DNA of 64,000 bases from Psammoneis japonica (taxonomy: Eukaryota), in contig QPGO01000028.1 of NCBI GenBank assembly GCA_008632985.1, positions 62,001-126,000 of the forward strand, given 5' to 3'. This document shows, one piece after another, positions 38,802 through 50,599 of this stretch. The notes beneath the pieces are model-generated. The model was not told where the DNA came from. It made no database searches and saw only the letters and a list, made by a program, of their open reading frames with translations. The translations under genes were made by a program, and so were the position numbers. Numbering within the stretch: position 1 is the first letter of the stretch; each line of letters starts with the position of its first letter.

Positions 38802-40419
38802 TTCCCTTTCATCTTTTTTGGTGCCTTTGGCTCCGGGTCAACACTCATTTGTCCTCTGGTGGTGGATGAGAAAGACTGAAGTCAGTTCTCAGATGAAGCC
38901 TTGTGCTGGTCAGACTGACCAAAGATTTGGCAAGCATAAGAAAAGGAAGTTTTTGTTGCTGTCTGTGGCATTGAAAGGCCACAGGCAATGTGATGGTGGA
39001 TTTGAGGCAGGGTGCCTGCTTTCCCCCGAAGCATGTTTTTGCCATGAGAGCAAGCCACACAAGCCAACTGAAAAAGGCACATTTCTGGCCTCATCATTGA
39101 CTTTTCATCACATGTGGGTGATGATGCATTTAGAAAAATAAAAAATTGAAAAAAGATCTTTCAGCTGAAAACCCCAGGTTGGTGTGCTTTGGCAAATTTG
39201 CAACTGAGCAGCCAGCAGAGAAGGTGGGTGCACAATCAGGTGCAGCAGGCCATGAGAAAGTGTGTTTTTTTTCAAAATCAAACATGTCCCCTGTTGATCA
39301 AGTCAAAAGGAGCAGCCATTGTGTCCACTGCCCTCAGATCTTTGTGCTGTGCTGCAAGAAGGTTTTTCAGCCATGGCATGGCATGCATGATGTGTGCCAT
39401 TGAAATGACAGCAAAGGAAAGTGCACCAGTTTGCAGATCATGGTAAAAAGTGAATCTTAAGAGAAAAGCAAGGTTGTGGACAGGAACATCATGATCTTCA
39501 GTTCACCGCCATTGCGCTCTTGCATCAAGTTGGGATCGGGGCTTGTTGGACTTGGAGCATCCATCCCTTCAACAGAAGATCTTTGAACAATTTCAGCTTT
39601 CATCATCTTGCCTGATTGCTGTCCTCACTGCATGTGGCACAGGTGCGCTGGACCCCGCGGTGGAACCCCATGTGAAAATGCTGTGAGCAACAGGCTCACA
39701 ACCCATTGTCTGTGACTCATCCACAACCTCTGCTTGAATCAAGAGTGTCAGAAGCAATGACTGGCACTCTCACTTCTCAAAGAGAGCTGCAGATGCAACA
39801 GCAGACAGCATGAAATCACTGTTCTGTTGCTTGGACACCAAGGAATTTGTTGCAATGTCTGCAACTGTTGCAGAGAACACAACAAATGTGGATGTGAGTG
39901 ATCCACAAACACCCACTCAACAAGCAGCAGCTCAACTGGGAGCAACCTCAGGTCAAGGGGGAGGAGCACTGCCACCGCCACCGCCAGCATGTCCTGTGCC
40001 ACCGCCTCCAAATCAACCTGCGCAACAACCCAGAGAAGGTCAGCCACTGGCAGCACAAGTGCCGCTTGTTCAACTGCCTTCACCAAATCCCACCACGCAT
40101 CAAGAACACCATGGAACAGCAAACAAGGTCCTGCACAATGGTGACTGCACCAAAGCGGGTCTGGATTTTGCCGCAGCCATCACAGGAGCCTCAAGATGTG
40201 CCCCTCCACCACTCACAGAATGAGTCACAGCTGCTTCAGGACACAATGTGCCCGTGGCACAAGCAAAACTTGCAACCACTCATTCCATCGAATTGCTGCT
40301 TGCCCGGGAACCATCATCGGGAATGCATCACCTTGGTGCGGCAATGCGTGTGCCATCCATGGTGACATCACATGAGGACAATGCCATGTTGCACATTGGG
40401 AGGTTGCCAATCATCATCT

Positions 40420-40760
40420 CGAGGTGGCCGGAACCTGGGTTTTTGCGGACGCAGAGAGATGGAAAATCATTTAGCGCAAGACCCCGAAGGCCTTGTCAAC
40501 CATGTGCCACCCAACGACGCGGGAGCCGCAGAGGTGCGAACACGCATCACTGCTTTGCTCCCCCCCATTAGGCAGGAAAAGCCGGCTACTTGGTGGGGGG
40601 CACATCACACGGTTTGGGGAGAGCTGCAAAATGATGAGTCGTTCCGCATTATTCAACATGCATGTTTTATACGTGTCGGAAAACCAGGGCGCTAGACGTT
40701 CTTCTTCTATTTACAAGAAAAGATCCCTTTTACTGTACTCCCAAATTGATTCGAGAATAG
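40420..40760 (+). pseudogene. Cyclophilin-like exon 2 remnant
   Basis: QEKPATWWGAHHTVWGELQNDESFRIIQH, followed by a stop and indels. No intact exon 1. Confidence 0.8.
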
Positions 40761-40969
40761 ATAAATCTACATGCGTGATAAGCGGCCACACAAGTCGAGC
40801 GCCTGTTTTGAACTTGTTTGTGGTACAATAAAGGAACACCTTATTAGAATAACAGGTGTTATACTTTTTGGATTATTGCACGTGTCTACCTACGTCATAT
40901 GCACGCTGTAAAGCATTCATACGGATGATCAACCCCTCCCTTGAGTTGTTGGAACTAAATACGTGCTTC

Positions 40970-42166
40970 CTATTCGTCACCTTCACTGTCGGAGCTTTCT
41001 TCCGACCCATCGTTCATGCCCTCGGCATTCGTTACCGTCTTGAGACGCTTAACAAGCGTTTCTCGAGTGCCGTCCACGTCGTGTCCGGCTTCGTCGAGCT
41101 TCATACGAAGAGTGGAAACGCCCATGCTTTCCACATTAGCTCCTTCTTGGTCAAATTCTCTGAGCTGAACCTCAGCTGTAATTAGCTCTTGGAGCAATCT
41201 GGGTGATTCAATGGAGCGGAATGCATTGCTCCTCGTCACTTTTTCTTTGTTGTCAATGAAATGTTTGAGCGCTACTTCCTTGAGCAACGCACAGTTCTTG
41301 CTGTCTGCAATGAGAATCATGTCGATGACGTTGTCGTCTGCAATGAAGGATTCTGCCAGCTTTGCTTCTGCATGAAGCTTGAGACTAGTGCAACCAAACT
41401 TGTCAGCGACATCAAGAAGAGCCATTCCATCTTTGCCCATGTCAGCATCCGCGGGAAGCTCATCGAGGTACACGTAATGCAGAAAAGACTGAAACACCGA
41501 AGGATCGAACTCATCAATCACAATGGCCTCACCTTTGTCTTTTGTAGACTCACACTGAAAGATTTCTGCAAATCCTGGAGCCCGCATGGCGAGAATGTTC
41601 TTGTGAGCCTGAAAGCTGTGGCCACCAACAGAAAAGGTAACATCCGAGAAATCCATAGATTCAAACAACTTCTTGACGTCCTTTTGGAACGTGCCTCTGG
41701 GGCACCAAAGCTTGGGCTGGACAAGTGCAATCTGAATGTCGGCCTTGACGGTAAGAACTCCATTCTCGGGATGTCCCTCAGCAGGATCGAGCACATTGCT
41801 CCGCTCGGCAAAGTCGCTATACCCCCAACAATTGAACTCTTCCTTCATCACCGTCGACACCGTCTTTCTTCCCACCCGAAATGAGAATTTTGCGTCAACT
41901 GGTTTGCGATCCTGCATGTTCACCCGTCTCAAAAAGATGGAGACATGAACAGTGCTTTCGTTGGATTGCGTGTCTCCACGGGGATACACTTCAATTTCCC
42001 ACAAATGCCCATGGCAAGAAAGCTCCGGCGAGATGATTCTATCTCCGCGTTGCTGCGAGAGATTTTCAAAATCTGGGATGCTGACACTGATGGTGTGCTT
42101 TGGAGACCACACCTTTTTACTCCCAATGACTGCAGAAGCTACGATTCGTTCCTGTTGTTGCGCCAT
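40970..42166 (-). CDS. MATH-BTB/POZ protein, copy C
   Basis: Intact ORF from ATG 42166 (MAQQQERIVAS), with the same domains as copy A. Confidence 0.88.
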   Translation of the reverse strand: MAQQQERIVASAVIGSKKVWSPKHTISVSIPDFENLSQQRGDRIISPELSCHGHLWEIEVYPRGDTQSNESTVHVSIFLRRVNMQDRKPVDAKFSFRVGRKTVSTVMKEEFNCWGYSDFAERSNVLDPAEGHPENGVLTVKADIQIALVQPKLWCPRGTFQKDVKKLFESMDFSDVTFSVGGHSFQAHKNILAMRAPGFAEIFQCESTKDKGEAIVIDEFDPSVFQSFLHYVYLDELPADADMGKDGMALLDVADKFGCTSLKLHAEAKLAESFIADDNVIDMILIADSKNCALLKEVALKHFIDNKEKVTRSNAFRSIESPRLLQELITAEVQLREFDQEGANVESMGVSTLRMKLDEAGHDVDGTRETLVKRLKTVTNAEGMNDGSEESSDSEGDE

Positions 42167-42299
42167 GGTGAAGTCGTCTTTATTCTCGCGCTGTCGTAGC
42201 GACACATAGATTTTGGAATTTTGATGCGAAGTTTTTGCGAGGCGAGGCAGTGTGGATGGACGGACGGACGGACGGTGAGAATGTCAGCACAAGCACATG

Positions 42300-45200
42300 T
42301 GCCTGAAGCGTAAAGAAAAAGAGCTTTCGTGTCCGTCCTCCACATCCGCAAAAAGGACCACGACGCATCGACATGGCTCCTGTCCATTTCTGTTTGATGG
42401 AAGGACATCATCTGGAAGTAAACACATTGCTGCTTTCTCATGCACTTTTGAGCGTGACATTGCAGAGCACCGTTGGTGTGTCAAGGGAGAGAAAAAGGGA
42501 GCTCGGTGCGGAGATCCCCGTGTTTGCGCACAAAGGTGATGCTCCCACCAAGATGCAAACTCTGCAGTCTCAGTGTGAGGTGGTTGAATCTTTTTGCCAA
42601 GAGCTTTTAACAACTGATCACAATGAGTGGCAATGGCTGCACTTGCCACATCACCAGCCACCAGGGTGAGAGCGCTCCCCTTTTCTCTCTTTCGTTTCGC
42701 CCAGTTGAGGCACTGAGCCTCATTGCGCAAAGTCTGTCATGTTGTTGTCTGAACAAGTGGCTTCAATGTCAGATCAATCATTTGCAACATGAGTGCAAAG
42801 GTCACAAATGTTTGAGATTTCAAGTTTTTCAGCTGCGAACGCAATGTGCTCCATCAACAGCCACAAACTCACCATGAAACTGATGCTGCACTGTGTGTCA
42901 ACAGCACATGATTCACTTCATGTGCACATGCCTTGCTGTGCTTTGACATTGACTGGTCACAGCAAAACAGCTAAAATGTTCAATTTTTCACCCATCGCTT
43001 TTCTCACACAAGTCAACAATGAGCCCGCTGCACTGTCACGTGTCAACTCTGCTTCACACAAGTTCACAAGATGCAAAATTGTGTTGATTTTTGCAACTCT
43101 TGAAGGTGACACCATTGAGAAAACAGCAACTGCAGAGTTGCTGTGATGTGGTGATTTCTGCTGTTCCTTCTGCAGCACACCAGGGCCGCCAACAGCAAAT
43201 TCGCAGTGCTTGAGCTGAGTCTGGGCAGTGCTTGTTGAGCAGGCATGTGGCTGCCTTTTTGCACATCATGTGATCACCATTCTCAGTCATGGGGCTGCCA
43301 GAAAAAAGGGATGTTTGGCAAAAAAAAAACTCAGCTTCTCTGCCTCCTCCAGGCACCAACCCCAGCACCTCCCAATCTTCTCTGACTCCCACCTTGTTCG
43401 CCCCCTGAACTGCCTCCCAACTGGCCACATTCTCTGCCCCCATTAATCTGCAGTCTTCACATGCTCAGCACAGGGCACGTTTGGACATGCCAAGTGCCCA
43501 TTGCAAAGTTGTCTTCTGAGAGCAGCTGAAAATGTCATCATTGTTGTCATCATCGAACAACAATTTGTTGTGCAAATTGCAGTCAATTGCATGGCCGTTG
43601 TCTGTCCAACATTGCGCTTCTGTGTGCAACTCATGCACACACCTTGAATGTTCTTTTTTTTGCTGGCGGCAAGCCTGATGATGTTCACTCATGCACATTG
43701 ACGTGTGTTGCATTTGGCAATCAACACTGGTGCATTGTTCATTCATTTCATTCAAACAACTGAAAAATGCACACATTGTGGGAGTGTTGTCAAATGTGTG
43801 GAACCTGCGCTCAATTGTGTGCCTTCAGACACAAATGTTTGACACCTCAAATTTCCATGACTTGTCAAATCGCGATGACAATGGCAACCACAAATGCAAT
43901 GCACTCCATCAATGGCCATGAACTCACCATGACACACTGACACATGTCAACAGCTCACAATCCATTTCACATGTGTGTGCCTTGCTGTGCTTTGAAATTG
44001 ATCGATTGCATTAAAAACAGCTGAAAAATTCAATTTTTTGCCCTCCACTTTTTAACTGCACAAGTCGACAACAAGCCCGTTGCACTCACTCTCACACCTC
44101 AATTCTGCCGCACACAAGTTGATGAGATGTGACACAATGTTCATTGTTGTGGCTCTTCAAGGTGATGCCATTGAGAAATTGGCAGCTGCAGAGTCACCAT
44201 GGTGAGGTGGTTTCTGCTGTTTCCAGCTGTGGCACACCAATGGCAAATTCTTGCACTGCACTGAAACTGAGTCATGCTTGTTGAGTTTGTGAGGCTGCCA
44301 CTTTGCACATCATGTGCCCGCCATTCTTGGTGGTGGGGCCGGCAGAAAAAAAATGTGGTGATTCGGCAGAAAAAAATGACAACTCAGTGAGTGACCTGAC
44401 AACTTGCTGTTGGATTTGGAGGACAAGAGCCATCCAGAGAAAACAGCAGGCAATTGCACATTGATGCATTTGATCAGATGGGGCAGCTGACATTCACAAC
44501 CTGGCCAGCAAGCTGCTCCAATCAACAAAAAATCTGTGTGCAACCTGGCCATTCCAACAGCACCAACAACAATGTTGGCAATGCAGTGCAGTGCAGTGCG
44601 ATTCAATTCAATGCTGCATGATGCAATGTGACACAATGTGATGTGATGAATTTCAACACCAGCTGCTCCAACAGCACCAATCTGTTTCATCATTTGACCC
44701 ACATTTTCTGCCCTCTGTTTTGTTGTCTGATCTACATTCTGCCCTCTGGTCACATCATTCAGCAGTTGTTGCATTTTCAAAAAGTGGCTGCATTTTCAAA
44801 ACATGCCAGCCAAACAAAGAACAAATGAACCACAAAAGAAATGTTGGGATTTGGGTTTGAGGCCAATGCCTGCCCTGGGATCAGCCCCTTTGCTCTCATT
44901 GGCTGTCTCAATGTTCAGAGGTGGAGGGGAGCCACTGGCATCCCAGGCCTCATGAGCACCATTGCAGAAGAAAAAAACTGCTGAGGCACTGCTGTGGACA
45001 GCAACCTCTGCAGTTGCACAGTTTTTTAGAGATGATGGCAATCTCATCTGCCACTTTCTGGCAGACTTTCCCAAAAGTGGTGGGCTGCAGGATGCCAGAA
45101 AAAGCAGCAGATTGTGGGTTGCCATGAGCAATTCAGCAGCACTGCCTTGCACCATGTCCCATGCCATGTGCAATGTGACCCCAGCAGTTGCTCAAAAGTC

Positions 45201-47150
45201 TGTCAGCAAGCACAACTCATCTGTCATGAACAACAATGGATGTTTCTAATGCCACAAGCTTCAGTGCCATTCAATCTGAGAGAACAAAAAAATTGAAAAA
45301 TGACAGCTGCACAAGAAACAAGTGCCCCGACAACTGCAAAAAGATGCAGAAAGAGGTGCTGTCCACATTTTGACTTGTGCTTGCCACTCTTTTCATGGAT
45401 GTGTTCTCCAGAGAAAAACACAGCATGCCATGCATTGGTGTTGTTGCAGGAATGCCTTTGACAGCAACAGCTGGCATCTGCTGCAGCAAGGTGACAATGC
45501 CACATCAACCACAACATGGCAGGGTTTGTTGTTTGTCTTCTTCTAGGCTTTCAGGTCACCTGGCAGCTTTTTGACAGACCTCTCATGTTTTTCACCACCA
45601 GACTTTTGTTCTTCACACTGCCAGCACTCTTTGCAGCCAGCCATCTTGCCCAGCAGGCTGCAATGACAAAAGCATGCTGCTCAGCTTTTGCCAGCAGGTG
45701 AGCTGTGCAGCTTGTGTGTCCAAGGCTGAAAGAGAGCAAAAGATCAAGAAGAGCACCCCTTTTCTTTTCAGCCAGAGCTGCAAGTGGCATGATGCACACA
45801 TCGCCAAGCAGCAATGCTGCCAGTTTTTGGCAGGTTTCTCTGCGCACACTTGGCAGCAGCTGTGGTGCTTGCCATTGAGGCAGCAGCTGGTCTCTGAGTT
45901 GGCGCACTTTGCCACAAAATGCTTGGTTGCCCAAGCTGCACACCAACTTTGCACATGCCATGCATGTGGGGGTTTCTCCATCCATGAACAAATGGCCCTG
46001 CTGTGAGCTCATCTTGGGACTCACTCTCAACATGACTTTGGGGGCAACAGAAAAAAGGTGCTCCACTCATCATTTTGTGTTGTGACATGCTGCTTGTGAC
46101 AGCACCAGAGGCTTGTGTGTGACAGACAGTGAAAAGGCCACCGGGGTTTTCCTGCCAGGAGTGATCTTCTCTTGTTTTCCTTGTGGCATGTTTGAAACCT
46201 CCAGTTTGTCTCAAGGCAAATCTTGCCACACTTTGGCCACAGTTGTTGTCATGGCTTGTTTTTTGCTGTGCTTTGTGACAACAACATTTTTCCTCAGAGC
46301 ACAAGAAGAAGCAAAAGCTGCAACAAGCTGGGCTGGAGAGAGGAAGAGAGAGAGAAAAAATGGCAGCTGCCAAGCCACTGTGCTTGTTGGAGCTTGTCAC
46401 ATCATTTGTGCAGTTGTTTGTCATTGCCATTGTCTGAGTTTGGCAGGAGAATGCCACCCATTTGATTGTGGCTCTTGTTGTTAATTGCCCAACCACCAAA
46501 ACAATTGTTGTGCACAACGCCATGTGCTGCTCTGGAGATGGTGCATCTGCTGAGTGCAAAACAAGGTCATGGCACCAATCTTGTAAAAAATCAAAGAAGG
46601 CTCAAAGTGCACTCCCGCTTTTCCAGCAACATTGTGCCAAGTGCTGCTCAGACTGGCTGCACTGTTGCCCACTTTGGTCAGCCAACAGAGTCAACACACT
46701 TGCATCTCACTCCATTGAGATGGTTGCTCATGTTTGCTGTGCAGAGACTGTCACTTCATGGTGCCGAGAGGATGCCATGTGCTGTGCTGCAGTTGGCAGA
46801 GCAAGAGATCTCCCAGCGCAAGCACTGTGAAAAAAAAACTCCCCAGCCAGCTGCCAAAGTTGTGCCTTTGAGCCACCCTCAGACCTTTTTTGACGGCCCG
46901 AGAAGAGCTGGGAATTCAAAGCTTGTGCACACATTTGTGCATCTGTTTGGCAAACAAAGACAGCAGCTTGATGGTTGGAAGACAGGAGCTGGCTGGAGAA
47001 CATTGGCTTTTGTTGACAACTCCAAGGAAGGTTTGGCCAAAGCAAAATCATGAACTTTGCACATGCTCTTTACAAACAGGGCAGTGTCCCAGCCCCATTG
47101 GACTTAAATTGTGAAGTGTGCGAATTCGACTTTTTCATGCAAGCAAAGAA
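42300..47150. other. TpA-depleted degenerate block 5, with an internal diverged duplication (~42865-43330 vs ~43920-44350)
   Basis: TA is nearly absent. The string aactcaccatga...gccttgctgtgctttga...aaaacagct...gagttg...cacatcatgtg recurs about 1.05 kb apart. Confidence 0.8.
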
Positions 47151-47410
47151 GCATGGGTTGCTGGAAAGACTCCACAAAATCATTCAGACTGGGTGGCACT
47201 CGTGTGCGTCGGTTAGAATGGGCGCTCGTGCTTAGCAAACGATTATACGATCACGGTTGTTGGAAACCCCTGCATTGGTTCGAAGGCTGGCCTTTGGCCG
47301 GGAGAGATGGATTCTCGTGGAAAAATGCTTTGAACAGGCATGTGCAGAATGAGAACGAATTTCGATTGTTCAGGAGAGACATTGACAGCTATATGGCCAG
47401 TGTATCGTAA
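46200..47410 (+). pseudogene. Probable host gene with a decayed 5' part and a normal 3' end
   Basis: The normal-composition 3' frame ...RLYDHGCWKPLHWFEGWP...DIDSYMASVS* grades upstream into TA-free frameshifted sequence that has a TM-like segment near 46230-46300. Confidence 0.45.
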
Positions 47411-47450
47411 ACAGCATTTTAACAACTTCACGGTTCATTTTTTGTCCAGC

Positions 47451-48701
47451 CTATTTGTTTCTCTTCCACCAAATGTTAACCGATCCTGGAATGCTGGGAA
47501 TGACCTCATTTACAATGTAGTGAACCGTTTCAGTTGTCGACGCGTTGGGCTTTTCATACGGAGTGTTTGGTCCCATCCACCTCCCTGTAGCGTGCAACCG
47601 ATATCCTGACTCCATTATTTCCTTGTACATTGTTGTAAGAACTTTTGCATCATCATCTTTAGATGCCTCCATGAAGATGTTCTGAATCATGCCGGACTTG
47701 ACCAACCGTGCTGCTCCGCGAAACACCTGTCGAAAACAACACACAAGAAGGGAATGGCAAAACATGAGTACAACATGACGATATGGCACAAGCAACTTGA
47801 GAAAAACAAAATCAAGACGCAGCTATCGCACCTGCGCCTCAAAACCTTCTACATCCACCTTGAGAATTGGAATCAACGGTCGATTCTTGAACCAGCCTTT
47901 ATCTTCGGCAAACTGATCAAGCGGAACAATCTGGACCGTGGCGGTTGCATTCTCTGCATTGCCCTTTCTGACAAAGCTCCCAGTTCCAGGATTATTCAAA
48001 GCGCTCACGTAGAGATCCAGTGTGTCTTGTGTTTCGCCAACACCGTTATTGTAAAAGTTGATGCTGCTCTGTCCTTCATCAGCACTCTTGTGCAACAACG
48101 ACTGCTCGTCTACACTGCTACTCCAATGATTAAATTGGATGGACTGGCAAATGCGAATGCCATTCATAATGTTGGGTTCAAACACATCCACATGGTACCC
48201 CAGGGAAGCAGAGAGATGAGTGAACCATCCAACGTTTCCACCAACATCCAAGACACGTGCGTTTGGATGTTTTAATGTCTCGTTCTCCAACAAGACTTTT
48301 CGGAACGCTCCCGTCAAAGCCTTTTCGTAGTACTCTCCGTTGTCAAAAATGTCAAACCGTGGTCCATCATAGTCTTTGTTGTGTAACGAAACATAGAACG
48401 GTGGATCCAATGTAGTCAATCGACCGTATACTTGACCATCATTGGGGTCTTTTACGGGATAGTCATTGCGATGAATGTTGCTCAGTAAATTCTTGCAATC
48501 AAACGGCTTGACTCCGGGAGTAGTAAACTGTTTTTCCCCACCACTAGCTGCTGGTGTCTGCTGCTGCTCCTGGTTAACAACAGCGTAACTCTTCAACAAA
48601 GAAACGGTATTCCAACTCACAATAACAAAGAAACCCAAAAACAACGCTTCAAAAAGAAACGGAAACGAACGCGTCGTTTTGCGATTTCTCATGAGGACCA
48701 T
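47451..48701 (-). CDS. FkbM-family (Methyltransf_21) SAM-dependent methyltransferase; exons 48701-47832 and 47726-47451
   Basis: N-terminal TM segment; motifs VLDVGGNVGWFT, VDVFEPN and ILKVDVEGFEAQ|VFRGA, with a GT..CAG intron that keeps the frame. Confidence 0.9.
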
Positions 48702-50295
48702 TGTTGTTTCTACTTATGGATGCAACCTGAATGGCTTTGTCAACAGAACAAAGGCGACTTTTTTCGTTTTATGCGTTTGAGTTTGAAAAAGACTTTTTGC
48801 AAAGCTTTGGCAGCTCGGCATTCCCAATGTAGGGAGGGTTTGGTATAAATGGGTTGACCCTGCATGATGGATGGATGCGGTGAAATGAAACTGTTGACCT
48901 TCTGCAGAACCCACGCATCATGCGGCGCTGTAGGTAAATAAATTTGGAAATCCAAAATTGCACTGCGTGAAATTTCGGACAGTGCGTACAGACGCGGGCG
49001 CGACACGCACACACGACGCGACACACGTACACGTGTGACGCGTGACGCACCACAGGGACAATGGAGCAAGCTCCGACCATGACATGGTGTGCAAACGGTG
49101 ACGAATACTTCGTGCCCATTTGATGCCCCATCCCGAAACAAAATCCGTGGACATCATCCATGGCTGCAGCAGCTTCCTGTCTGAGCAAGTCTCCTCGTGA
49201 TTGCTTTCACAAGATGGGCGAAATTTTTGGCTGTGGTGCAAGATCAACAAATCAGAGCCATCAAAAGTGTCAAGTGGCAGCAGTGGCAGCAGGATCCAAG
49301 GTCCATCATCGACTGCCACAACAAACAAAACAAAGAATGCAGCACTGAGGCAAGGTCATCTTTTTGCTAAAGAAACAAGCAAGTCAGGCTGCTGCTGCTC
49401 CCAAGCAAACTCCTGCAACAGGGGGAGGATCTGTGCGTCGTTGTGGGTGTCGATGCAAAGAATCGCATCATTGTTGCCCGATTCTTCTTCAAGACATCAT
49501 GGAGAACCAAATGGAATCACTGCTTCAACAAAAGAAACATTGCAACACAACAAAGCCAACAAAAAACTGGAAGAACGCACTGTGCTCCAAGAGGCTGAGA
49601 TTTGGTTTCATGATGAGAACGGGTGCACACCCACAATGAAGAGCACATGATGCAAAGCAATTGTCGAGGGGAGAGATTTGTCAATCTCGGTGGAATGTTC
49701 CATCTTTGCCAAAATGGCCACTTGGTGCATTTCTTTCATGGGGTGCAACTCCTCGTGACAAAAACAAGAGAAGCTCTGCTGCACTTGGGACGAATCTGCA
49801 ATTCCTGCTGCTGCCACTCTGAACACTGCTGCCACTGTTGGCAGAGCTTCACTTGGCAATCGCTCCACAATTGCAGCTGAACAACTGCCACTACACACAG
49901 CATGTGATTGGCATTTGCACATCTCAATTGTTGGGCAAAAGTCAGTGATTTGACAACCCCCCGAACACCAGCCCAGTTTCTGCTGAGTCGCATGCGCTGC
50001 ACGCCAAATTCTTTGACACCCCCGAACACCAAAACAAGCACATGGGCTGAGTCCTGGCTCCTTGGGGAACCAGCTGAATTGGTGAATGATTTTGGCAATG
50101 GATTGAACACCACAAAGGCCAACACTGTGGATCACTTGCCAGCTCAATGAGGGCCAATGGGTGTCATGTGATTGATGCAGTCGCGTGCAAACAAGGGGAG
50201 GTTTTTGTGCACTTTTTCATCATCTGTGGGCGCAACACTCAAATTGGATCTGGTGCTGTGTGGGCAACCTCAAGCAGTGACAGTTTGTTGGGGCT

Positions 50296-50484
50296 TGCAA
50301 GATCCAGCTTGAGATGACTTGACACAAAACAGGTTTTGAGAGAACCAAGAAGGGGGAGCCGATCACCGCAATTGCTGATCGGAGCTGACTTCTGACAGCC
50401 TCTTGAACATCTGATGCATTGGTTGATGTGCACATGTCAGAGGGGGCACACTCGGTCATGGAGTGCATGTGCCCATGTCACTCA
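50296..50484 (-). repeat. 3' LTR (hypermutated)
   Basis: Aligns to the 5' LTR once the MITE is removed; contains no TA. Confidence 0.9.
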
Positions 50485-50599
50485 CTCTTCCCCTCCATGG
50501 TGCAAGAATCATGTGCACCATTGGAACCACTTGACTCAAATTTAAACTCCAATGCGCACGGAGAAGGGAACCCAGATGTTGGGAAGAAACCCTCAACTC

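Larger units (their letters stand above)
28050..40420. other. TpA-depleted degenerate block 4 (interrupted by an unmutated MITE)
   Basis: For example, no TA counted in 35101-35500. Contains Plavaka-like element remnants. Confidence 0.85.
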
